A stretch of DNA of 64,000 bases, taken from assembly GCA_947446285.1 (NCBI GenBank), contig CANFGH010000005.1, positions 835 to 64,834 of the forward strand, written 5' to 3'. How positions within the stretch are numbered: the first letter of the stretch is position 1; the number at the start of each line of letters is the position of its first letter. Made by a program: the position numbers and the translations under genes. Source of the DNA: Chloroflexota bacterium. GTDB taxonomy: Bacteria; Chloroflexota; UBA11872; UBA12225. Of the stretch, positions 28,143-36,499 are shown piece after piece. Under the pieces are notes generated by a model that had not been told where the DNA came from, made no database searches, and saw only the letters and a list, made by a program, of their open reading frames with translations.

Positions 28143-29840
28143 TTACTGACCGTCTTGCCTCACGAAGCCTTGGGCATCGACGGACGCCGAAGGGGGTACA
28201 CCCTGTTCGACAATGACAAACGTCCGGCCGCCAATATAGAAGTAGCCGGGCGGGTCACCACCGAACTGATCGAAGTGTCGATAGGCGGCTGGCAATACCC
28301 ACGTCAACCGTCCATCGGGTCCCGGTTCAAGCGCCATTTCCGACCCTGCATGGTCGATCAGGATGGCACTCGTTCCCGATGCCTTGAGCGAGATACTCGC
28401 CTCCTGGCCGGTCCCGTTCCAGATGACAGACGCACGCACGGTCCCCTTGTGAAATACCGCGAGATGTTGCGCCCATTCGAAGCGCGATGCGAACTTGGAA
28501 AGACGGGACGGATCATTTCGTTTCCGCACATGGAGTTCCGCACGGTTGGCATCGGCGAGGAACCTCGCGACAATCCGGTAAGCGTGATAGGCCGGGCGCG
28601 CCCGTGACGCATCCTGGTCGCATTCGGGGTCGTTTGAATAGCGCACGAGCCCCCACAACTCATCGGGGACCGGATACGGATCATCCTGCAGCGCTTGGAA
28701 GAAGACCTTCGCGTAGCCAGCGGCAAACGCGAGCGCGTGGGCCTGCAGCACGTAATCCGCCTGCTCGGCCATCGTGATCCTGAACCCATCATTGCGATCA
28801 GACGGGACCCATCCGGGCAATGGGTCGTCGTACGGCATCGCGTTGATCTCAGTAAGCCAGACTGGCTTCCCAACCGCGCCCATGGCATCGAGCCGCGCGC
28901 GAAATCCAACCCGGTCCGCCGCTTCCGCTGCGACCGGGACGCCACCGTGATAGCGGTCCCACAAATCGTGGGGATTGCGATAGAGGTTCAAGGCGAAGTA
29001 GTCGAACGCGTCCGCACCCTTTGCCTTCACGATCGAGGCAAACTGATCAAACCACTGCAACCGGGCGCCACCGCCTGCATCCTTATCCTTGAAATAGGAA
29101 TACGGCGAGGTCATGATCTTCGCGTCCGGATTGGCGCGCTTGGCGGCCTCGGATGCGACCTTGACTAACTGGTAGTACTCCTCCGCCGTACCCGCCCAGG
29201 TGTTGTAAAGCGCATTGCTTCCAGACGCGGGTATTTCGACTTCGTTCCAAATCTCGAACACGTCCATCATGCCGGCAAACTCCGATGCCAGCAGGTACAT
29301 GAAGTAACCCCACGTGTTGTCCTCATTGATCTCGTCGTCAACGAAGACCGGTTCATAGAGACCGCGCGGAACCGATGTCCCAAGCTTCAGGTCCGGTGTT
29401 TGGGCCGCCCACTCAGGCGTGCCAAGAACAATCGCCGCAACCTTCAATCCTGAGGCCAACTGTCGCTCGAGGATGCTCTCTCCGTTGTCGTCACGGAAGT
29501 AGAAGAGGTTCAGTTCACCGGGTTCCGGCTGGACATTGAACCACTGGACCGTCCACCTTGTCCACCCGGCACCAGATGCATCACCGAACGACATCGCCTT
29601 GAATGCCTCGTTGACGCCGAGGCTCTCGGCCCGGGGCAACGGATCATCGAAGTCGATGGACGGTTCGTCCGCTGCCAACACCCCTGCCGAGATACCCGCT
29701 GCCGAGAGTGCCCCGAATGCCGCACCGGCGGTCGATCGGAATAGGTTCCGACGCCGGTACAACCTGCCTCCAAGCTGAACACTCGATCGTAGCTCGGCCG
29801 GTTGGGCATTGCGGTCAACGGGTACACCCATGTGATTCAT
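28143..29840 (-). CDS. secreted clan GH-A (TIM-barrel) glycoside hydrolase with Tat-type signal
   Basis: Twin-arginine signal RRRNLFRSTAGAAFGALSAAG. Acid/base-like motif FEIWNEVEIP and nucleophile-like motif VWLTEINA. Extra C-terminal ~110 aa. Start taken at Met 29840 (an alternative is 29831; the track ORF extends to 29942). Confidence 0.7.
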   Translation of the reverse strand: MNHMGVPVDRNAQPAELRSSVQLGGRLYRRRNLFRSTAGAAFGALSAAGISAGVLAADEPSIDFDDPLPRAESLGVNEAFKAMSFGDASGAGWTRWTVQWFNVQPEPGELNLFYFRDDNGESILERQLASGLKVAAIVLGTPEWAAQTPDLKLGTSVPRGLYEPVFVDDEINEDNTWGYFMYLLASEFAGMMDVFEIWNEVEIPASGSNALYNTWAGTAEEYYQLVKVASEAAKRANPDAKIMTSPYSYFKDKDAGGGARLQWFDQFASIVKAKGADAFDYFALNLYRNPHDLWDRYHGGVPVAAEAADRVGFRARLDAMGAVGKPVWLTEINAMPYDDPLPGWVPSDRNDGFRITMAEQADYVLQAHALAFAAGYAKVFFQALQDDPYPVPDELWGLVRYSNDPECDQDASRARPAYHAYRIVARFLADANRAELHVRKRNDPSRLSKFASRFEWAQHLAVFHKGTVRASVIWNGTGQEASISLKASGTSAILIDHAGSEMALEPGPDGRLTWVLPAAYRHFDQFGGDPPGYFYIGGRTFVIVEQGVPPSASVDAQGFVRQDGQ

Positions 29841-30062
29841 CACTCCTCGGGAAAATCTCGGCTGTCGGTAACCGCAAACCCTATACGGGGAAGCACGAAA
29901 CGGCATGTTCCGTCTTGGCCCGAACGGGCCGCGGATCGACAACGCGCCAAATCATCACATGTCGCGCATCGAGGCCACCCAACCGACGTGCAATGTCAAG
30001 GTGGCATACTTCATGCCATACCGTCGATTTGGATCCGGTCAAAGGGTCCAACCGGAGTAGGC

Positions 30063-30488
30063 GTGACGTCACCATTGGTCAAGACCGGCGCAAGCCTGTT
30101 CGGAACTCAGGTCATCGGACGGAGCCTCGGATTTGCGTTGGGCTCCGGTCTTGGCCGTCGTGTTTTCGAACGATTCGACAGGCAGGTACTCTCACCGTTT
30201 GAACACCGTGAGGTCGCGTCGCGCTGGGCCGGGTCAATCGGGGGGCACGTTGCCGACATCGCCGTGAACGCCGCTGGTCTGCGCAACCCAACGACGCACA
30301 CAAATGCGCACCTTCAAGTGAGCAAAATGGCCTCAGCACAGCCAACCCGCGACTGGGCTGAATTGATCCAGCGAGCCGCGACAATCCTGATGGCCATTGG
30401 TGCCATCGTAAAGGTCGTTACGACCCTGATGGAAGAGCGGTCTAAGGTCGCCGACGAACACGCTTCGTGGCGCGGTTCCTCCCGGTAG
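30063..30488 (+). CDS. hypothetical small protein (Gly-rich N-terminus, C-terminal hydrophobic helix)
   Basis: GTG at 30063 within track ORF 29802..30488; the upstream part overlaps the GH gene. Codon pattern is coding-like. No motif recognised. Confidence 0.3.
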   Translation: MTSPLVKTGASLFGTQVIGRSLGFALGSGLGRRVFERFDRQVLSPFEHREVASRWAGSIGGHVADIAVNAAGLRNPTTHTNAHLQVSKMASAQPTRDWAELIQRAATILMAIGAIVKVVTTLMEERSKVADEHASWRGSSR

Positions 30489-30646
30489 CCTCCGTGGCAT
30501 CCCCGCCCGTTTGAACGACCGGCATGACTGCCGACTGAAATCACTGAGCGGCCGGACCCGGCCTCCATGTGAGGTTGTAACTAGCCAATCGATCCTCTTT
30601 GGCAACCTGAGCCGAGAGCAAGTCTTCAACGGAGGCGACCGCACCG

Positions 30647-31822
30647 ATGACTGTCAAAGGCAAGGCCCTTATTACCGGAGGTGCCGGGTTCATCGGCAGC
30701 TACATCGTCGATGAACTTCTGGCCCGTGGCTACGAGGTCCGTGTGTTCGACAACCTAGAACCCCAGGTCCACGGCGCTCTGCGCGAAAACGGGGGCCGAC
30801 CGGAATATCTGTCGCGTGACGTCGAACTCATCATCGGGGATGTCCGGGACACCGATGCCGTGACACGCGCCCTCGAAGGCGTGGATATCCTCTTCCACCA
30901 AGCAGCCCTTGTTGGCGTCCCTCAAAGCATGTACGACATCCGGCGCTATACGGACATCAACGCGCTGGGCGGGGCAACCGTCCTTGACGCCGCGATAAAT
31001 GACCGTGGCGTACGCGACCGTCTCCGGAAGATGGTCGTAGCCAGCAGCATGTCCATCTACGGCGAAGGCGCGTACCGCTGTCCTGACCACGGTGTCGTTG
31101 CACCAAAGGTCCGCCCCTTGACCCAGCTGCAGCAACACCGATGGGCGATGGAGTGTCCGCAACGCGGATGCGGCAAGGTGGTGACGGCGACACCGACCAC
31201 CGAGGAGAAGCCCCTCCAGCCCCTCTCGATTTACGCGATCGGCAAGCGCGACCACGAAGAGATGTTCCTGTCGGTTGGGCGGGCGTACTCCATCCCCACG
31301 GTCGCGTTGCGCTACTGGCAGGTCTACGGCCAGCGACAAGCTTTGTCAAACCCGTACACCGGGGTGGGTGCCATCTTCTGTTCCCGCATCCTGGCTGGCA
31401 ATGCACCGCCGGTCTATGAGGATGGCGGGCAGTTGCGCGACTTTGTTCACGCCAAGGACATCGCAAGGGCAAACGTCCTCGCGCTGGAAAGCACGACTGC
31501 AACGGATCATGCGATCAACATCGGGACCGGAAATCCCATCAGCATCGCCGACGTCGCCTGGACACTCATCAAGGAGATGGGTGCGGACCGTGACGGCTTG
31601 GCGCCGAACGTCCTGCATGAATTCCGTCCCGGAGATACCCGCGACTGCTTCCCGGACATCTCGCTAGCGCGTGAGCTTCTCGGGTACCAACCACAAATCA
31701 CGTTCGCCCAAGGCGCCACGGAACTGGTCGGTTGGGTGAGGGAACAACGTGGTCACGCGGTTGACCGCTTTGAAGTCGCCCAGAAGGAACTCCGGGAACG
31801 CGGACTGGCCACCGCGCCGTAG
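30647..31822 (+). CDS. NAD-dependent epimerase/dehydratase (extended SDR) with Cys/His-containing insertion
   Basis: 391-aa ORF with TGGAGFIGS Rossmann motif, SS..IYG, and the catalytic YAIGK (YxxxK). GGAGG 11 nt upstream of the ATG. Confidence 0.85.
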   Translation: MTVKGKALITGGAGFIGSYIVDELLARGYEVRVFDNLEPQVHGALRENGGRPEYLSRDVELIIGDVRDTDAVTRALEGVDILFHQAALVGVPQSMYDIRRYTDINALGGATVLDAAINDRGVRDRLRKMVVASSMSIYGEGAYRCPDHGVVAPKVRPLTQLQQHRWAMECPQRGCGKVVTATPTTEEKPLQPLSIYAIGKRDHEEMFLSVGRAYSIPTVALRYWQVYGQRQALSNPYTGVGAIFCSRILAGNAPPVYEDGGQLRDFVHAKDIARANVLALESTTATDHAINIGTGNPISIADVAWTLIKEMGADRDGLAPNVLHEFRPGDTRDCFPDISLARELLGYQPQITFAQGATELVGWVREQRGHAVDRFEVAQKELRERGLATAP

Positions 31823-31831
31823 GCACGCGCC

Positions 31832-32170
31832 CTAGCCGGCGGGACGGACGGCATCCGCCGCTCCCCGCCGCAACGCCGCCATTTTCAGCACTGCATCACG
31901 CGCCGTGTTCGCAAGTGCGGCCCACGGACCCCATACCGGGGTCCCGCGGTGTACGTTCGCCTGCGCCCTTGCCAACCGGTGGAGTTCGTTGCCGGCGCGG
32001 TGTGCAATCGCCGCCAGCATGACCGCCGCCGCTTCTGGGGGGACCGACGTGGTCAGCCTGAGAATTTCGGCCATCACCGCATCGGGCACCACACCCGGCG
32101 AAACCTTCGATGCGTCGGGCATGTCAACTACTGCGTCGTCTTCTCCGGACGTCATCTGGACCTCCCGCAA
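31832..32170 (-). CDS. hypothetical protein
   Basis: 112-aa ORF, 3 nt downstream of the DUF2203 gene on the same strand. Ala-rich and helical. No motif recognised. Confidence 0.4.
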   Translation of the reverse strand: MREVQMTSGEDDAVVDMPDASKVSPGVVPDAVMAEILRLTTSVPPEAAAVMLAAIAHRAGNELHRLARAQANVHRGTPVWGPWAALANTARDAVLKMAALRRGAADAVRPAG

Positions 32171-32173
32171 CCA

Positions 32174-32650
32174 CTACAGTGATTGCCTCCCGGCAAAGCC
32201 ACTCTCCAGCGTGTGCCAATGCGTGATCCGCGTCTCCCCCGCCTTCCAGCAGAGATAGATCTCCTTGCCGTCTCGCAAGCTCCGGAAGTCGACCAGACCC
32301 ATGGGCACGTCCTTGAGTTCGCAACCGAGGGCGTGCAGCTCATCAAAGGCCGCCTGGATGATCTCAATGAAATGGTCTGCGTCATTCATCAAGTGGTAGA
32401 GACGCTTGCCGTGGACGTTGGCCTCGTTGCCATCCGGGTCTCCCACAGGCGAGGCACCGGGGTTCTGGAGGTTCGCCTGAACCCGGGCCAACTGAGCGGC
32501 CGTTCGCTGCAAACGCGTCACTAGCCGCCCCACCCGGGGAACGAGCGCGTTGGCCTCGGCAAGCGAGAACAACCGGCGCCGGGTAGGAGTGGTCTCCATC
32601 GTTCTCTCGTCAGACATGCATGCTCCGCGTGCCATATCGTACTCGTTCAC
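32174..32650 (-). CDS. DUF2203 family protein
   Basis: 158-aa ORF. LFSLAEANALVP... and C-terminal GLVDF...YLCWKAGE..I.HWH pattern typical of DUF2203. Confidence 0.7.
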   Translation of the reverse strand: MNEYDMARGACMSDERTMETTPTRRRLFSLAEANALVPRVGRLVTRLQRTAAQLARVQANLQNPGASPVGDPDGNEANVHGKRLYHLMNDADHFIEIIQAAFDELHALGCELKDVPMGLVDFRSLRDGKEIYLCWKAGETRITHWHTLESGFAGRQSL

Positions 32651-32795
32651 GGCCGCATTATCCTCGGTTGCAAAAGGGACCCGCGCCGCAACCCTCAGAT
32701 ATCATTGCCCGTACTAAGCAGTGGCAGTCCCTGCGTTCGAGGCCATCGTGCGGACAGCACGCAATCTCGACCATCGTCGGAGAACCCGAACAGGT

Positions 32796-33884
32796 ATGGA
32801 TACGGCCCGCGACTTCAAGGTGGTGGCGATAGGCGGGGGGGTTGGTGCCTCCCAAGTCATGCTTGGCCTTCGTCAGTACACCCGGTTCCAGACCGGCGTG
32901 ATCTCGGTGATGGATTCCGGTCGGTCAACCGGCGTTGTGCGAGGCGCCTTCAACGTCCCTGCGCCGGGAGACATCCGGAACGCCATCGTCACCCTGTCTC
33001 AAGCCGAACCGGTTCTCAAGGACCTGTTTCAACACCGCATGGTCGGAACCCGGCTCGACAACTTCAACGGCGTCGCCTTCGGAAACCTCTTCCTTGCCGC
33101 CCTCACGCAGATGACCGGTAGCTTCGAACGGGCCGTCGTCGAACTCAACCGCTTGCTCACCCCGTTCGCCGAAATCCTGCCGGTCACCCTCGATAACACG
33201 CACCTGTGCGCCGAACTCGTCGACGGATCAATCCGCTACGAGGAAGTCAGCGTCCGAGGCATCCAGAAACCTGCGATCCGCCGGGTCTACCTTCGCGATG
33301 ATGGCGTCCAAGCCTACGGCCCAGTCACTGAAGCGATCAAAGGTGCCGACTTGATCACCATTGGTCCGGGCAGCCTGTTCACGACGGTTATCGCCTGCCT
33401 CATCGTGCCGGGTATACGGGAAGCGATCGAGCATGCCCGCGACCGCGGGGCCACCGTCGTGTACGTCTGCAATACGACCACGCAACCTGGACAGACCGAC
33501 GGGGTCACCATCTCCGACCACATCGCCGAGATTCTCGGCTACCTCGGTCCTGGGAACCTCGATTACAGTCTGATCAACACCGGTGTACCCGCCCCGCACG
33601 TGATCGAGCGTCACCGGCGTGATGGCCTCAACCTCCTCACCCTGAGCGCGGAGGAACTCCGGAAGATCAACGACTTTGGCGTGGAGGTCGTTGCGACCAA
33701 CCTGATCGAGGATGCTTCAGAGAGCCGGTCCCTGTGGAACAAGGTGGACACGGTCCGCCACGATCCATCCCGGGTTGGTCTGGAACTCGCAGGTCTCATG
33801 GCCGCGGTAGTAGCCGTCAGGGCCACCGCCACACAAGTGGCGCGAGGCGTCGCGGAGACCGGCTTTTCACCCTCGCAGGCATGA
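32796..33884 (+). CDS. yvcK: YvcK / CofD-family (UPF0052) gluconeogenesis-factor-like protein
   Basis: VVAIGGGVGASQVMLGL glycine loop and ITIGPGSLFTTVI motif. ATG at 32796 within the track ORF. Confidence 0.85.
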   Translation: MDTARDFKVVAIGGGVGASQVMLGLRQYTRFQTGVISVMDSGRSTGVVRGAFNVPAPGDIRNAIVTLSQAEPVLKDLFQHRMVGTRLDNFNGVAFGNLFLAALTQMTGSFERAVVELNRLLTPFAEILPVTLDNTHLCAELVDGSIRYEEVSVRGIQKPAIRRVYLRDDGVQAYGPVTEAIKGADLITIGPGSLFTTVIACLIVPGIREAIEHARDRGATVVYVCNTTTQPGQTDGVTISDHIAEILGYLGPGNLDYSLINTGVPAPHVIERHRRDGLNLLTLSAEELRKINDFGVEVVATNLIEDASESRSLWNKVDTVRHDPSRVGLELAGLMAAVVAVRATATQVARGVAETGFSPSQA

Positions 33885-33987
33885 TTGCCAGGCTTGGTTC
33901 CTCGTATGCCATGCCATCTCTTATTTCTTGCACGTTCATTCCCTTATGGGTACGACGTCCCCCGTCGAGTCATGCTAGGATGCAGAC

Positions 33988-35292
33988 TTGATGGGCACCG
34001 GGCGCGTCCTGACCGATGCACGTGATCTGGTTGCGGACCTCGGCAAGTGGTCGCGCCTTGGCATGCATGTCAAGCGTTGGATCCTGCTCCTCGTCATTGC
34101 GTGCACCGGTATCTCCCTCGGCATTGCCTTCATTCTCGTGCAGATCTATCGCACGCAACCGTTTCCCGAATGGGTTTTCTACGTCACCTTGCAACCCGTT
34201 GACCGGACGTGGCGTGCCCTCCTCTTCATGACGATCGGCATCCTTGGTGTCGGGGTCGCAGTCGTGCAACTCAACCGCTCGCTCCTTCTGGCCGTTCAGC
34301 CACCATACGCACAGGGACGCCTCGTGGACCTTGTCTATAACTACCGGCTGCCCCAGCGTCGCCCGCGCGTCGTCGCCTTCGCCGGACATCGCGGCTTCGT
34401 GGCGCTGCAAACTCATCGCGACCGGTTCGGGGAAAAGCTTCTCGGCATCGCAAGCATCGGCGATGGGTTGCTTCCCCTCGGTCTCGACGAACCGCTGGTG
34501 CGATCGGCAACCGACCGCATGATCCGTCCGGTCGACGAACCGCTTGACGTCTGTGCCGAGCTCGAACACGGCACAATCCTCACTGGTGCGCCTGCGATCC
34601 GATCCCGACGGGGAGGCGTCCCCATAAAGCGTGTCTTCCTGACCGCTGTCGGTCAGGATCCACAATCGGTGATCGGAGGCACCACCGGCCTCGTCACCCA
34701 CACGGATGCACCCGTACGAGCCGAAGCCATCCACGCAATCCGCGAGGCAGACGTCATCATCTTCGGGCCAGGAAGTTTCTATCTCAGCATCCTGCCGAAT
34801 CTCCTGCTTGACGAGGTCGCCGAGGCAATTCGCGCCAGCAAGGCCCGCAAGGTCCTGATCGCCAACCTCATGACTGAACCTGGCCAGACTGATCTGTTCG
34901 ACGTTGGTGACTACGTCCGTGCCCTGCACGCATACGGTGGGTTCACCCTCGATTACGTCCTGGTGAACAGCGCCTCGGCCGATCGAGTGATCAGTGAGCG
35001 CTACGCCGCCTCACTTGCCACGCCCGTGGTTGCCGATACTGACCGCGACTTTGGCGGATCACGCGATACCGTGGGTGTCGGAGGCGGACACACCCTCAAG
35101 AAAATCGGTGTCGAAGACAACACGATCATCCTGGCGGCCGACTTGGCCACGCGCATGGCCGAACGTGTTCCAACCCCTCACGGAAGCCGCGACGCAACTC
35201 CCGGTGCACCGACCACCATGTCAATCGTGGTCTACCGGCATGACCCGGCTAAATTGGCCTCGGCCCTCGCAACATTGCTTGGCGTGGGGTAA
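33988..35292 (+). CDS. membrane-anchored YvcK/CofD-family paralogue with degenerate glycine loop
   Basis: 434-aa ORF. Two N-terminal TM helices (WILLLVIACTGISLGIAFILV; ALLFMTIGILGVGVAVV). The glycine loop is replaced by VVAFAGHRGF. IIFGPGSFYLSILPNLL and LMTEPGQTD motifs are retained. Confidence 0.75.
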   Translation: MMGTGRVLTDARDLVADLGKWSRLGMHVKRWILLLVIACTGISLGIAFILVQIYRTQPFPEWVFYVTLQPVDRTWRALLFMTIGILGVGVAVVQLNRSLLLAVQPPYAQGRLVDLVYNYRLPQRRPRVVAFAGHRGFVALQTHRDRFGEKLLGIASIGDGLLPLGLDEPLVRSATDRMIRPVDEPLDVCAELEHGTILTGAPAIRSRRGGVPIKRVFLTAVGQDPQSVIGGTTGLVTHTDAPVRAEAIHAIREADVIIFGPGSFYLSILPNLLLDEVAEAIRASKARKVLIANLMTEPGQTDLFDVGDYVRALHAYGGFTLDYVLVNSASADRVISERYAASLATPVVADTDRDFGGSRDTVGVGGGHTLKKIGVEDNTIILAADLATRMAERVPTPHGSRDATPGAPTTMSIVVYRHDPAKLASALATLLGVG

Positions 35293-35316
35293 TCAGCAAT
35301 CGAGTCGCCTCGGTGG

Positions 35317-36387
35317 TCAGCGTTCAACTCCCGACGCAATCACTGCAGACTGCATCGATGGGATCAGGTTGGCCTTGACCGCCACCGCAGCCGTCCGCAC
35401 TCCACTCGAGATCGCGCGTGCCTTCGAACTCCCATGCCCGATGAAGACATTCCCCTGGACACCAACGAGTGGTGCACCACCGTACTCGGCGTAGTCGAGC
35501 ACTTTTCCGGCCTTGACCAATCCCGGTCGAAGCACCGCGCCGGCGAGCTTGTAATGGAAGCGGCTTCGGATCGCCGTCCGCACAAGGTTGAAGCAGAGTG
35601 TGGAGACACCCTCGGCAAGTTTCAGGACAACGTTGCCCGTGAACCCATCGCAAACCGCCACATCGCAGTGCCCGGCAGCGAGCTCCCGACCTTCAATGTT
35701 TCCTACAAAGTTGAGCGTGCTTTCAGCCAATCGCGGATGCGTCGCCAGCACCAGTGCGTTGCCCTTGGAGGGTTCCTCGCCATTGCTGATCAGGCCCACC
35801 CGCGGTCGCGCCACACCAAGCATCCGTTCGACATACATGCTGCCCATGTAGGCGAACTGGATCAGGTTGTCCGCATCGCAGTCCGCATTGGCACCGGCAT
35901 CGACGATCACAACACGCCCAGTCAGCAGCGGAATCACGGCCGCAAGAGCCGGACGGCGCACCCCTTCGAGGCGCCCAAGGGTGAACAAGGCGGATGCCAT
36001 GACCGCACCACTGTTGCCAGCGGAGAAGACTGCGTCACCGCGCCCATCCTTGAGTGCGCGCATTGCGACATTCATCGAGGCTCCGCGCTTTGCCCGTACG
36101 GCCTGCGCCGCATGGTCGTCCATGCCGATCACATCGGTCGCGTCAATCACTTCGATTGGCAACGAGGTGGCATCCGGGTACTTGGCAAGTTCGGCACGCA
36201 CCACATCTTCGTGGCCAACCAGGATGACCGTATGACCCTCACGAGCCGCTGCAACGCAACCTTCCACGACCGGTGCAGGCCCATGGTCACCGCCGAATGC
36301 ATCAACGATGATTCGTGGTGTGGCATGTTGTTCGGTAGAAGCCGACAGACGCGTCACGCCATCCCTCACCAGGGCGACCGTCGGCAT
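35317..36387 (-). CDS. plsX: phosphate acyltransferase PlsX
   Basis: 356-aa ORF with the IIVDAFGGDHGP motif and overall PlsX pattern. Confidence 0.9.
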   Translation of the reverse strand: MPTVALVRDGVTRLSASTEQHATPRIIVDAFGGDHGPAPVVEGCVAAAREGHTVILVGHEDVVRAELAKYPDATSLPIEVIDATDVIGMDDHAAQAVRAKRGASMNVAMRALKDGRGDAVFSAGNSGAVMASALFTLGRLEGVRRPALAAVIPLLTGRVVIVDAGANADCDADNLIQFAYMGSMYVERMLGVARPRVGLISNGEEPSKGNALVLATHPRLAESTLNFVGNIEGRELAAGHCDVAVCDGFTGNVVLKLAEGVSTLCFNLVRTAIRSRFHYKLAGAVLRPGLVKAGKVLDYAEYGGAPLVGVQGNVFIGHGSSKARAISSGVRTAAVAVKANLIPSMQSAVIASGVER

Positions 36388-36499
36388 TGACGGCCTCCGG
36401 CACCTCGGCCGGACTTGCCGCCTGAAGTGTATCCCTGACCGTCACACAGTTCGGGATGCAGACTGAGCCTGCAGACGCCCGCGATACCCGTTCGGCACA

